This document shows, piece after piece, positions 27,303 through 35,988 of a stretch of 64,000 nt of DNA. The notes under the pieces are model-generated. The model searched no databases. It was not told the DNA's origin and worked only from the letters and a program-made list of their open reading frames with translations. Made by a program: the position numbers and the translations under genes. The stretch is from Escherichia phage WG01: the sequence record NC_031928.1. The stretch is one strand, 5' to 3'. Position 1 is the stretch's first letter. Each line of letters opens with the position of its first letter.

Positions 27303-27783
27303 ATGCTTTCCAAGTACCTGTTTTAAATGTTGAAATCACGCGCTTAGCACGATTAGGAGTTTGTTTATACCAACGGGATTGAGCCAGGTTAACTGCCGCA
27401 TCGTTCCAACGTTTCTGTTGGAGCATACGTAAAGAGTTAGTGAACCCTGCTACGCCTGCTTCACCCATTTGGAAGACCATGTTAATTAAAGCACAACGAC
27501 GAACTTCGTCCAGTACATCATAAACAGGTTTCAATTTAGGATTACGCAGAATAGCTCTACGAGCATTTTCAACCGATCGGTTAAAGAGTTGTTCAGCTTC
27601 AGCCATAGTAATACGACCATTACAAACTCGACCCATAAGCTTATCAAGTTCAGCACGAGCAACATCTTTAGAAGGGTTCTTAGTAATCAATTGGCCAATG
27701 CCAATAGTCCAATAACCTTCAGTGTCTTTATAAAGATTTAAATCAAGACCTTCGTCTTGACGTAACATATCAAAAATATCCAT
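27289..27783 (-). CDS. e: lysozyme (endolysin) e
   Basis: 164 aa, same length as T4 lysozyme; catalytic Glu11/Asp20/Thr26 context [21 protein letters not shown] conserved. Confidence 0.95.
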   Translation of the reverse strand: MDIFDMLRQDEGLDLNLYKDTEGYWTIGIGQLITKNPSKDVARAELDKLMGRVCNGRITMAEAEQLFNRSVENARRAILRNPKLKPVYDVLDEVRRCALINMVFQMGEAGVAGFTNSLRMLQQKRWNDAAVNLAQSRWYKQTPNRAKRVISTFKTGTWKAYENL

Positions 27784-27787
27784 AATA

Positions 27788-27813
27788 CCTCCTGAGTATA
27801 GGAGGTATTTATA
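27788..27813 (-). promoter_or_regulatory. late promoter TATAAATA with RBS-sequestering hairpin for e
   Basis: minus strand TATAAATA-CCTCC-tatactca-GGAGG-tatt-ATG; the 5' arm CCTCC can pair with the RBS GGAGG. Confidence 0.6.
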
Positions 27814-28263
27814 TCAAAAGAGTGAATCCAAAACCTTAAACATCGACGGGCCCATGACATATTCCCATTGTGGCCGTTTAATCAAGGCAAAAGCATCGAA
27901 TTCAGGAATAGTACGACCATCAGGGAACGTATGGTAAGCCGTACATTTGCAATCCTTGAACTGCTCGTGTTCCACAGGAACTGTATATAAGAACAGATGT
28001 AGATTCTTATTGCTTGAATATTTGAACTCACCTAGGTCTTTCAGGAACGCAGGATCGTATGCTGTGAATCCAATCTCTTCTTCGGTTTCGCGCATTGCCG
28101 CTTGAATGGGCTCTTCGCCTGGTTCGACATGACCCTTAGGAATGTCCCATTTATGACGCATATTCTCTGGATTACGAGAGCCTGTTACACGGCCCATGAC
28201 CAGTTCTTTATCAACGGTCATGAATAAAATACCGGCAGATAGTTCTTTCACTTTCTTACTCAT
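27814..28263 (-). CDS. nudE: Nudix hydrolase NudE
   Basis: ATG at 28263 gives 150 aa; Nudix box GHVEPGEEPIQAAMRETEEEIG; follows e as in T4. Confidence 0.85.
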   Translation of the reverse strand: MSKKVKELSAGILFMTVDKELVMGRVTGSRNPENMRHKWDIPKGHVEPGEEPIQAAMRETEEEIGFTAYDPAFLKDLGEFKYSSNKNLHLFLYTVPVEHEQFKDCKCTAYHTFPDGRTIPEFDAFALIKRPQWEYVMGPSMFKVLDSLF

Positions 28264-28492
28264 CGTCTCGTTCCCATGATTGTTTAAAAATATCTTGCAT
28301 AATAATTTGAAGTCTATTTTCTGATGATGGACTTTCACTATCAGACACTTGAAGCATATAGTCACCAATAGGACAGAACATATCCATATCGCTTTCTAAG
28401 TCTTCTTTAATTTTCTCTTCTGATGTTCCGGTATCATAGGAATACAGATAAGAATCACATGACTCAGATTTAATATAAATTGCAATGCTCAT
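28256..28492 (-). CDS. hypothetical acidic protein (78 aa)
   Basis: ATG with AAGGAA RBS lying in the conserved junction motif. Confidence 0.35.
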   Translation of the reverse strand: MSIAIYIKSESCDSYLYSYDTGTSEEKIKEDLESDMDMFCPIGDYMLQVSDSESPSSENRLQIIMQDIFKQSWERDDE

Positions 28493-29076
28493 TTACGGCA
28501 TTCCTTAATAAAAGAGTTTAATGTATTTTTCTTAGTGATATCGTCATATACCTTTTTAACTTTAGAAATACGAAAAGGTACTTCGATAACAGAGGTCCAT
28601 AAAAATGATGCGATAAGACCTAAGATAGCAGCAGACATCGCTGAAGCGAATACACAAATAGGCAGGTCATTATCTGTTGTCAGGAAAAACCCTAGGAGTG
28701 GGAAAAATAATATACCCATCCAAACATAGAATCTAGAACTCACCAATTTGTCGTATTCATCACTCCAGGCACGGAAGCCGTATTTTTTGCTATAACAAAT
28801 CAATGGGTCTGGAGTCTGTTCTTTATATGGTTCCGCTTGCCAGCCGTTTACAATATAGCCCATTTTATATTCCTCAATTAAAAGCTGTTTCATTTCGGCA
28901 GTACAACCTGACCAATCTATTGTACTGGCTGAAATTCCTTCATCACAGTCATCGATATTTCGCCAGGACTTTTTAATAATCATATTCTCACCACTTGGGA
29001 TAATAATTCCAGCATTTTCCGACCGACGGATGAAGTTTGTATCAATACCCATACAACCAGGTTCATAAAGGGCCAT
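28489..29076 (-). CDS. membrane protein with conserved C-terminal FIKEC tail (195 aa)
   Basis: ATG start; two C-terminal TM helices; tail ...NSFIKECRK. Confidence 0.45.
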   Translation of the reverse strand: MALYEPGCMGIDTNFIRRSENAGIIIPSGENMIIKKSWRNIDDCDEGISASTIDWSGCTAEMKQLLIEEYKMGYIVNGWQAEPYKEQTPDPLICYSKKYGFRAWSDEYDKLVSSRFYVWMGILFFPLLGFFLTTDNDLPICVFASAMSAAILGLIASFLWTSVIEVPFRISKVKKVYDDITKKNTLNSFIKECRK

Positions 29077-29762
29077 TACCAGCCCTCCATAGGGAATTCC
29101 AGATATACTTGAGCATTAACGCGGATTTCATTTGTAATCTTTTTAACACGGTCTGTATTACGAGACACACGACCAAACCAGCGCCAACCGTTACTTACTG
29201 CACGAGAACCTGTATGCCATGTCTGCCAATCAAACTGGAGCAACGTGCGGTCAGGAGCATCCCACTTAGTTAATTCATTAGACTCAATTTTTTCCAGAAC
29301 TTCTTTATGCCACTGGCGATAGATAAGTTCGCCTTCAGGAATCTGACTGAACTGGGCAGTTCCGGTTGCAAAATGAGTAGGACACACATCAGCGTTAACA
29401 AGACCAAGAATATGTTCAGAATGGTATCGAGGATTATCATAATCAGGTTGCCCTGCGGTAATAAAGTGTTGACCCACCGGAATATCCGGGCGTGGTACAT
29501 CATCATGGTGGAAGCCTGGAATTGCAGGGTACCAGCCGGGCATTAACATGTGTACACGGGAATCAAATACGCATTCAACGGCTTTCCACTCATCAGGGAG
29601 ATTAGTAATAAAGCTACGAGTAATAGGACCACCATTTTGTGCAGCAAAATTCAAATCACAGTTAAAGAACATAGGCTCGTTTTTAATATCATCATTAGAA
29701 ATATGACCTGCAAAACCACCTACTGCACGAGCTTTAGAATTAAAAGTTTTCGGACCGTTCAT
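29076..29762 (-). CDS. hypothetical protein (228 aa), His/Asp-rich
   Basis: ATG with GAGGA RBS; HHDD...H cluster. Confidence 0.5.
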   Translation of the reverse strand: MNGPKTFNSKARAVGGFAGHISNDDIKNEPMFFNCDLNFAAQNGGPITRSFITNLPDEWKAVECVFDSRVHMLMPGWYPAIPGFHHDDVPRPDIPVGQHFITAGQPDYDNPRYHSEHILGLVNADVCPTHFATGTAQFSQIPEGELIYRQWHKEVLEKIESNELTKWDAPDRTLLQFDWQTWHTGSRAVSNGWRWFGRVSRNTDRVKKITNEIRVNAQVYLEFPMEGW

Positions 29763-29776
29763 AATATTTTCCTCAC

Positions 29777-29989
29777 TTACTTTTTGTTGAAAAAGTACAT
29801 TTTACCTTTAGGAGATAAGGATACACGAAGTGCGTTACCAATACCAACTGAACATTTAACCAGGTCAGCAGATTTCAATTCACCAAATGCTTGACGAAGG
29901 TCACCATCACGAGTGTTAACCATCAGGCATTTAGCACCAGCTGCACGAACTTCGTTTAACATGTTGATTGCTTGGTTAGAAAGTTTCAT
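29777..29989 (-). CDS. hypothetical protein (70 aa)
   Basis: ATG at 29989 with GGAGA RBS; upstream ORF-track codons lie in the promoter. Confidence 0.4.
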   Translation of the reverse strand: MKLSNQAINMLNEVRAAGAKCLMVNTRDGDLRQAFGELKSADLVKCSVGIGNALRVSLSPKGKMYFFNKK

Positions 29990-30015
29990 TTTATTCTCCA
30001 TTTCACTCTGTTGTT

Positions 30016-30056
30016 TTGATAGGTCTATAGTATCACACCTATAGACCTTGTACACT
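30016..30056 (-). promoter_or_regulatory. promoter cassette variant (GTGTACA -35)
   Basis: dyad GGTCTATAG/CTATAGACC around TACTATAGACC. Confidence 0.5.
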
Positions 30057-30067
30057 GTTTTGTGCAA

Positions 30068-31027
30068 TTATTTTTCGAAAGGACGAATTAAATGTTGGTT
30101 ACGCTTAAACCGTTCAATGTAGTCGTTTTCACCTAAAGTCTTGTACATATTAACCACAGCTTGGTAGTTTTCCCATGCATAAGTGCGGAACCAACCTGAA
30201 GTGATTGAGGTGCACACTTTCTCAAGGGCCATATAGAAACTTAATGATGGTGAAATATTGAAGTCATTAGGAACCTGTGAACGTTCTAGTGCCAGGACAC
30301 AAGTTTCTTCATACACACCAGCCAGTTTAATAGCTTCAGGCAAAGCCTCGAACTTCTCACGAGAGGTCATGACTTCAGAACCTTCCTTCATATAAAAGGT
30401 ATATGCAGGGCGCCCTGCCAATGCCACTGCTTCATGGATAGAGTCGTGGTCTAGGGTATAAATGGTATCATTAAAGAACGATGATTTGTTTACATCCAAT
30501 TTAGGGTGGGAATAGCTCAACGTTTCTTTTTGACGTTGCAACATAATTTCCTGGAGTTCTTCGTTAAGGGTGATACCTTTATTACGAAGGTATTTGATGT
30601 GGGACATGGTTTTCAAGAAGAACGGATTATTCTTCAAGAAACGATGGGAGGTTTTGATAGCCAGACAGATATCAGGGGTTGCCCAATAGAAACCTGTAAG
30701 ACGGTCCTTTTTAATATGATTTTCAGCATATTTCAGAAGACGATAACTTGAGGTGAAATCTTCATCTTGGAGCTCACCGGTGATTTCTCGTACGTTAGTC
30801 AGAGCACGAACGATATATGCTTCAAAATAGGTTTCTTTACCGTTGTACATGCATTTAAAAGCCTGGACATCAGGATTATCCACAGGAACATGGGCACCAA
30901 ACATCCGAGCTTTAAAGTGATTCCATGAGCCTTGGTCGGCAATGAAATCCCAATCAGAATTTTCGATATGCTTACTTTCAATCAGACCAGCGTGGTGCAG
31001 TGCACGAGAACCAATAACTAACATCAT
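30068..31027 (-). CDS. hypothetical protein (319 aa)
   Basis: ATG at 31027 with GAGGA RBS; N-terminal VIGSRALHH...SDWDF is only weakly nucleotidyltransferase-like. Confidence 0.45.
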   Translation of the reverse strand: MMLVIGSRALHHAGLIESKHIENSDWDFIADQGSWNHFKARMFGAHVPVDNPDVQAFKCMYNGKETYFEAYIVRALTNVREITGELQDEDFTSSYRLLKYAENHIKKDRLTGFYWATPDICLAIKTSHRFLKNNPFFLKTMSHIKYLRNKGITLNEELQEIMLQRQKETLSYSHPKLDVNKSSFFNDTIYTLDHDSIHEAVALAGRPAYTFYMKEGSEVMTSREKFEALPEAIKLAGVYEETCVLALERSQVPNDFNISPSLSFYMALEKVCTSITSGWFRTYAWENYQAVVNMYKTLGENDYIERFKRNQHLIRPFEK

Positions 31028-31046
31028 AATATTTTCCTCAGTAAAC

Positions 31047-31286
31047 TTAAATTTCAGCGACGTAATCGTTATGCAATTCCCACATATCATCAGAATTATT
31101 CTTAATGATAGGAATTATCTCATTAGAGATTTCTTCAGCATAAGGGTCATTGATACAGTGGGCATCTTCAAAACGAACACCGTAATCAGACTTCTTATAA
31201 GAGAAGCCATAAATCTTTTTAAACTTGGCGCGAGTAATGCGTACCGGTTCATTAGACTTATCGGACATCGGAGCGTAATACCACAT
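31047..31286 (-). CDS. hypothetical protein (79 aa)
   Basis: ATG ORF downstream of a promoter cassette. Confidence 0.4.
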   Translation of the reverse strand: MWYYAPMSDKSNEPVRITRAKFKKIYGFSYKKSDYGVRFEDAHCINDPYAEEISNEIIPIIKNNSDDMWELHNDYVAEI

Positions 31287-31305
31287 ATGTTCTCCTCATG
31301 TTTGT

Positions 31306-31350
31306 GTAGGGTAATAGTAACATGATTTTCTAGAGTTGTACATCACTTCT
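31306..31350 (-). promoter_or_regulatory. promoter cassette variant
   Basis: TGTACA -35-like and TACTAT -10-like with dyad GGGTAATAG. Confidence 0.4.
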
Positions 31351-31680
31351 GCAATATTCTAAAAATAATTTATCATTGTCTACTGTATCCCAACGACGCC
31401 AAGACGGGTTCCAGACCAAAGCGTTGTCACCACAATCATTGAGCTTAAAATGGTCGTAGTACATAGCTATGTGTCTAGTCTCGTCACCAGAGAACCCCAG
31501 TATAGGCTCACCGCGGGTGTGATACATATGATGGTGCATTGAGAGGTCGCATTTGTAAAACATCTCACGTTTACCACGAACGAACAAGAAGGCCTGTCCA
31601 TTCATATAGAATTCTTTATTTGTTTTCAAAAGATATTTGAATACTGAATCTTTATGCATAAGTCCTCCTACCACATCCAT
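31330..31680 (-). CDS. hypothetical protein (116 aa)
   Basis: ATG ORF; His/Cys-rich. Confidence 0.4.
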   Translation of the reverse strand: MDVVGGLMHKDSVFKYLLKTNKEFYMNGQAFLFVRGKREMFYKCDLSMHHHMYHTRGEPILGFSGDETRHIAMYYDHFKLNDCGDNALVWNPSWRRWDTVDNDKLFLEYCRSDVQL

Positions 31681-31689
31681 GTGGTTAAA

Positions 31690-31917
31690 TTATTTTCCTA
31701 ACGAAATACGAGTAGGTTTTTTACCGAAATAGTCTTCATAAGAACCATCTAAACGACCTGCTTTAGACCGACAATATGAATCGTACTTTTTGTAATAAGT
31801 CATCTCAGTATTATAACGCGGGTGTCTATCAGCCATAATAATACTTAACGGCCAACCTTTGGCATAATCGCGAAGACCATTTATTTTACGAATGTATCTT
31901 TTCTTTAATTTTAGCAT
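31690..31917 (-). CDS. hypothetical basic protein (75 aa)
   Basis: ATG overlapping upstream stop. Confidence 0.4.
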   Translation of the reverse strand: MLKLKKRYIRKINGLRDYAKGWPLSIIMADRHPRYNTEMTYYKKYDSYCRSKAGRLDGSYEDYFGKKPTRISLGK

Positions 31918-32135
31918 GAGCTCGGATACCAGATTTTACCATCGGCCTGAGCAACGAAGGTGCGACCAGCTTCTTCGCCATAACACGAGCTATTCAGCCA
32001 ATCTTCGAGACGAACTTCACCGTCATAATCGTCGAGCTCAACACCAAAACTTTGAGCAGAAGCCATATCTTTTACTTTCTTATACAGTGCAGCCAGTTCA
32101 AGTGCAGCTTTTTCTAATTCATTAATATCAGACAT
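31911..32135 (-). CDS. small acidic protein, paralog family member (C-terminal W..SSC)
   Basis: 74 aa; ATG with AAGGTGA RBS; ends WYPSSC. Confidence 0.45.
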   Translation of the reverse strand: MSDINELEKAALELAALYKKVKDMASAQSFGVELDDYDGEVRLEDWLNSSCYGEEAGRTFVAQADGKIWYPSSC

Positions 32136-32146
32136 TTTTTATCACC

Positions 32147-32359
32147 TTAGCAAGACATAGAGGATGTAAACCAGAAACCTTCACCTTCCGGAATACCGTA
32201 GTCATCACGGACCCATTCGTAATCATCATATTCCGGGTTCTTTGGAGAAATGTATTCTCCACGACCAGAAACACGGAACTCTTCACCCGTTTCGTCAGCC
32301 ACAGACTGGCCTTTACGTACTAATTCACGGATTTGGTTTTCAATTTCATCAATAGTCAT
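32147..32359 (-). CDS. small acidic protein, paralog family member
   Basis: 70 aa; ATG with AAGGA RBS; ends FWFTSSMSC. Confidence 0.45.
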   Translation of the reverse strand: MTIDEIENQIRELVRKGQSVADETGEEFRVSGRGEYISPKNPEYDDYEWVRDDYGIPEGEGFWFTSSMSC

Positions 32360-32368
32360 TTTATTTCC

Positions 32369-32650
32369 TTAACATTCAGAAGAAGAGGACACCCAACCAC
32401 CATTTTCTAGGCTGGTAGTGTAATCATGTTGGTTTACAATAGCGTACTGAGCTTCACCGTATTCTTCCCAGTGGGCAAGGTCGGCTTTCAAGGCGCCAGG
32501 AGAATAATAGTCACCGCCCATACCGCGAGCAGGGTATATATTAAAATGAGTCTCATATTTGTTTGCAATTTCCTCGGCACGACGAATAGCTTTATGGATA
32601 TCATTTACTGCTTCAGCCAATTCTTTATTTTTATGGTAATCATTCATCAT
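32369..32650 (-). CDS. small acidic protein, paralog family member
   Basis: 93 aa; ends GGWVSSSSEC. Confidence 0.45.
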   Translation of the reverse strand: MMNDYHKNKELAEAVNDIHKAIRRAEEIANKYETHFNIYPARGMGGDYYSPGALKADLAHWEEYGEAQYAIVNQHDYTTSLENGGWVSSSSEC

Positions 32651-32659
32651 AAAATTTCC

Positions 32660-32950
32660 TTAGCACATTGCCGAAGAGGAGATCCAAGCACCAACTGTAA
32701 CGACGCCATTTTCAACTTCACCACCGTTGTTTTCAATTTCATCTTTAAACCATTGGGAGCATTCATAACCGACAGGATAATATGTACGGCCTGAACCATA
32801 ATCACCAGTACCGAATTGGATACCATACTTATCGGCAATAGCTTCACATTCATGTTCGATGGTATTCACTTTATTCAGAAGAGCATAGATAGCCTTTTCT
32901 GCAGATTTCTCGTCATTGTGTTCCGGGATTTCAATTTCAATTTTATTCAT
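32660..32950 (-). CDS. small acidic protein, paralog family member
   Basis: 96 aa; ends GAWISSSAMC; shares IA.KY..F...YY core with 32369..32650. Confidence 0.45.
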   Translation of the reverse strand: MNKIEIEIPEHNDEKSAEKAIYALLNKVNTIEHECEAIADKYGIQFGTGDYGSGRTYYPVGYECSQWFKDEIENNGGEVENGVVTVGAWISSSAMC

Positions 32951-33300
32951 GATTTACATTCCTTAATAAAGGTTTCAAGGTCATTACGTTTAGTTTGTTT
33001 TACATACTCATTATAATTAGCCATAGCTAAAGCATATCTCTTTTTACGTGGCTTGTTTATTTTATTAGTTTGGGCAATATCAAAGACCCATGGGATAAAA
33101 AATCCTATTAAAGCCGGAACCCAAATCCACGCGAGGCTCATATCTTCAAACGGATGGCGAGGCATACCATTAATAATCCCACCGACAAGAAATCCAATTA
33201 TCCCTGCAGTCATACTAGTAGCAATGCCGAGGAATAATGAAATAGAGATATCGTAATCTGCTAATGCGTAACCAGGGTCGGTTTTACTAGGCTTATGCAT
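32947..33300 (-). CDS. membrane protein with conserved C-terminal FIKEC tail
   Basis: ATG at 33300; two TM helices; tail ...LETFIKECKS. Confidence 0.4.
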   Translation of the reverse strand: MHKPSKTDPGYALADYDISISLFLGIATSMTAGIIGFLVGGIINGMPRHPFEDMSLAWIWVPALIGFFIPWVFDIAQTNKINKPRKKRYALAMANYNEYVKQTKRNDLETFIKECKS

Positions 33301-33829
33301 TTTGAACCTCTTTAGCGTATTCGCGACATTCAGCAATAAAACGATCAAGCTTACGGTGTTGTTTACGACTTTCTAATGTGTACTCATTAGCCAAAATAAT
33401 AAGCTCATCTTTATCGTAATTTTTAATATCAGAGTAAGATGGGCGACGGTCAACCATTCCAAATACATCACCATTTTCTAAAGCTACATAGCATACTAAA
33501 TGGTAATCATCGTCTGCCATATTAAGAAGCACACAATCAGCGCTCTCGTTTAAAGAATATACTGAATAACGTAGTCCAGCGAATTCCACTCGTTGAATAG
33601 CCAGATTTACGTCAATAATTTCCAAAGCATCTTCAAAAGAAAGGTCTTCAGCTAAAGCAAAAATAAAAGGTAATTTGGTAGTATCGCCACGGCTAGATGT
33701 TCTGCTTAAGAAATCGTTTGAATAGCCTAGGTCTTGGCGAATTCTATAAAGAACTGAATTGGTTTCATGGGAAAGACCACTATTTTTAAACCAATCAATA
33801 TTTGATATCAGGTCGTCATATAAACTCAT
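33293..33829 (-). CDS. hypothetical protein (178 aa)
   Basis: ATG with GGAGGAGAGGAG RBS; C-terminal DRFIAECRE resembles the FIKEC tail. Confidence 0.45.
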   Translation of the reverse strand: MSLYDDLISNIDWFKNSGLSHETNSVLYRIRQDLGYSNDFLSRTSSRGDTTKLPFIFALAEDLSFEDALEIIDVNLAIQRVEFAGLRYSVYSLNESADCVLLNMADDDYHLVCYVALENGDVFGMVDRRPSYSDIKNYDKDELIILANEYTLESRKQHRKLDRFIAECREYAKEVQNA

Positions 33830-33877
33830 AATATTCTCCTCTCCTCCAAATAGGGAGACCGAAGTCTCCCGGTAACA

Positions 33878-34471
33878 TTACTTAAGTGAATTAATGTAGT
33901 CTTCGATATCAGCAGAAGTCGTATCCATTCCAACTTGCGGGCCTTTAAACGTTTCTACGCGCATCAGGGTGTCTTCGATATCAATCTTGGTCAGTGCAGC
34001 AATTTCAACAACATCGTCGGCAGTAGCAATACCAAGGGCAGCCATATTACGAGTTTCACGGATGTACTCGAGCTTAACAGCCAGTTCCTGACGAGAGTCA
34101 TCAAGTTCCTTAACCTTCAGTTTAATTTCATTACGCATTTCGATATAATCATCGGCTTTCTTACGAAGCTGGGTAGCTGTACGACGATAAAGGAGGCCAA
34201 GTTTAGCATGTACCTGGACATCAGCGCCTTCGGCAATCAGTTTACGAATTTCACGTTCTTTAGAAGCAGCGAGCTGGTCTTTTTCATTAGCCAATGCACG
34301 AATACGTTTTTCTTCATTCACAGACTTAACATGAGCAGTCTGGAGTTCAGTGATTTTATCAATCAGAGTAGAAGCAGCTTTGGTGTATTGGTCTTCGATT
34401 GACAGGTTCTGAGCCATTGCGGTGCCCAGTTTAGAACGAATGAATTCAACGATTTTCTTTAAAGTGTTCAT
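33878..34471 (-). CDS. coiled-coil protein (197 aa)
   Basis: ATG at 34471 with GAAGGA RBS; upstream ORF-track codons lie in the promoter. Confidence 0.45.
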   Translation of the reverse strand: MNTLKKIVEFIRSKLGTAMAQNLSIEDQYTKAASTLIDKITELQTAHVKSVNEEKRIRALANEKDQLAASKEREIRKLIAEGADVQVHAKLGLLYRRTATQLRKKADDYIEMRNEIKLKVKELDDSRQELAVKLEYIRETRNMAALGIATADDVVEIAALTKIDIEDTLMRVETFKGPQVGMDTTSADIEDYINSLK

Positions 34472-34500
34472 AGTATTTCCTTCAGTTGGTTGATATTTTG

Positions 34501-34545
34501 TAATCCATGAGGACATTATACCCTGTCCTCTGAGGTTTGTAAACA
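34501..34545 (-). promoter_or_regulatory. T4-type early promoter with stem-loop
   Basis: minus strand GTTTACA, 17 nt, TATAAT; dyad GAGGACA/TGTCCTC. Confidence 0.6.
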
Positions 34546-34547
34546 TT

Positions 34548-34946
34548 TTATTTCATTTTTGCGAGGCAGATTTCATTGGCTTCCCATTGAGCTTGCTTAA
34601 TAATAGCTTTGGATACAGGAGCCCTTTGGCCATAAGTTTTTGACGTTGAGAGAACAATACATTTGTTTGCTTCATTATGCCAGCCCCATGATTTTTCGCC
34701 ATGAGTACCTTTAACTACAGCTGACACCTCAACAGAGCAACCACCATCAGAAATCTTGGTTTCGACAACCCATTCATTTCTCTCAGCAGCTTCAATTTCT
34801 AATCTAGTTTTTTCTTCATACATCGCGGCCCAATCAGTTTTTGCCAAGTTGAAAGTAAGAGCTTTCTCTAATTCTTTGGCATATTTTTGTTGTTCAGGTG
34901 TTAATGAATTATACAACTCTTGCATTTCTTTATCTTCGATATTCAT
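34548..34946 (-). CDS. hypothetical protein (132 aa)
   Basis: ATG with GAGGAG RBS. Confidence 0.45.
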   Translation of the reverse strand: MNIEDKEMQELYNSLTPEQQKYAKELEKALTFNLAKTDWAAMYEEKTRLEIEAAERNEWVVETKISDGGCSVEVSAVVKGTHGEKSWGWHNEANKCIVLSTSKTYGQRAPVSKAIIKQAQWEANEICLAKMK

Positions 34947-35004
34947 TATGTTCTCCTCAAATTATGGGCTCATAATATCTTAATCATGAGCCCATGTAAA
35001 CGTT

Positions 35005-35268
35005 TTATTTCATATTATTGAAATAATTTTCTGCATCAAAATCATTACCATGGTAAACTTTGGTAGACGATTTGGCGTAACCTTCAGCTGAGAACATATT
35101 AATCACAACTTTAATTGTATACCACTGTCCATCTTCATTACCCATTACTGCATAGGTTTCATACACCGGGTGTTCAGGACCGATAACCTTAATATCGTTA
35201 ACTGTGGCACCAAATTCTTCCGGAACACATTTCATAAAGAAATTAAACACTTCACCATAATTATCCAT
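35005..35268 (-). CDS. hypothetical protein (87 aa)
   Basis: ORF track start is GTG in the promoter; ATG at 35268 with AAGGAG RBS. Confidence 0.4.
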   Translation of the reverse strand: MDNYGEVFNFFMKCVPEEFGATVNDIKVIGPEHPVYETYAVMGNEDGQWYTIKVVINMFSAEGYAKSSTKVYHGNDFDAENYFNNMK

Positions 35269-35291
35269 TTTACTCTCCTTCACTCTGTTGT

Positions 35292-35332
35292 TTTGATAGG
35301 TCTATAGTATCATGTTCTACGAAAGAGTAAAC
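35292..35332 (-). promoter_or_regulatory. early promoter cassette
   Basis: GTTTAC -35, TACTATAGACC -10 region. Confidence 0.55.
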
Positions 35333-35355
35333 ATCTTTTTTAAACCTTTTAGAAA

Positions 35356-35384
35356 CAAAAAAGGCCCAACCTTTCGGAAGGGCC
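35356..35384 (-). terminator. rho-independent terminator
   Basis: GGCCC-TTCCGAAAGG-TTGGGC hairpin followed by T7 on the minus strand. Confidence 0.55.
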
Positions 35385-35389
35385 TAGAA

Positions 35390-35944
35390 TCAGTTCTTGT
35401 AGAACCGGAATGGGTTTATGTGGAAGGCTAACATAGCCTTAGGGATTTTACGAGACAAAAGACTCTTAAGTTTCCAACCACAGTATACACGAAGGTAAAA
35501 GGTAATCCCACCTACTTTAAGATACGGAACTGAAGCAAAGACTCCCCATGCTTCGTCATTCCACATCCATAACCATCCATGATGAGCTTTATCAGGAGAA
35601 CCGGATTCAACGTCAGGATTACCACGATAATGGAATTCTGAGCTACAATCGCGTCCAAGTTTATGGTAAGCAAAGTTATAAGCTTTATTTCGCCATAGCC
35701 AAGCTACCCTCTGGAGATAAACACCGCCCGGCATTTTCCTGATTTTAGCCCAACGTTTAATATGACCTTTGTCACCGTCAATTGGATTATCGTATGTCAT
35801 CATCCAATCAAAGCCATAAGGCAATTTACCGGTCTTTTTATTATGGAAAGGAACTACAAAAGGCGCAAGGATAACGGCCAGAACCATAGAGATGAAATCC
35901 AGTGGAACCAACAGAACCCAACTCAAATATTTTAAAAGTTTCAT
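35390..35944 (-). CDS. membrane protein (184 aa)
   Basis: ORF track start is TTG; ATG at 35944; N-terminal TM helices; Trp-rich. Confidence 0.45.
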   Translation of the reverse strand: MKLLKYLSWVLLVPLDFISMVLAVILAPFVVPFHNKKTGKLPYGFDWMMTYDNPIDGDKGHIKRWAKIRKMPGGVYLQRVAWLWRNKAYNFAYHKLGRDCSSEFHYRGNPDVESGSPDKAHHGWLWMWNDEAWGVFASVPYLKVGGITFYLRVYCGWKLKSLLSRKIPKAMLAFHINPFRFYKN

Positions 35945-35988
35945 ATATTTCTCTAAGTTAACCAAAAAAGCCCCAGACGGGGCTTTCG

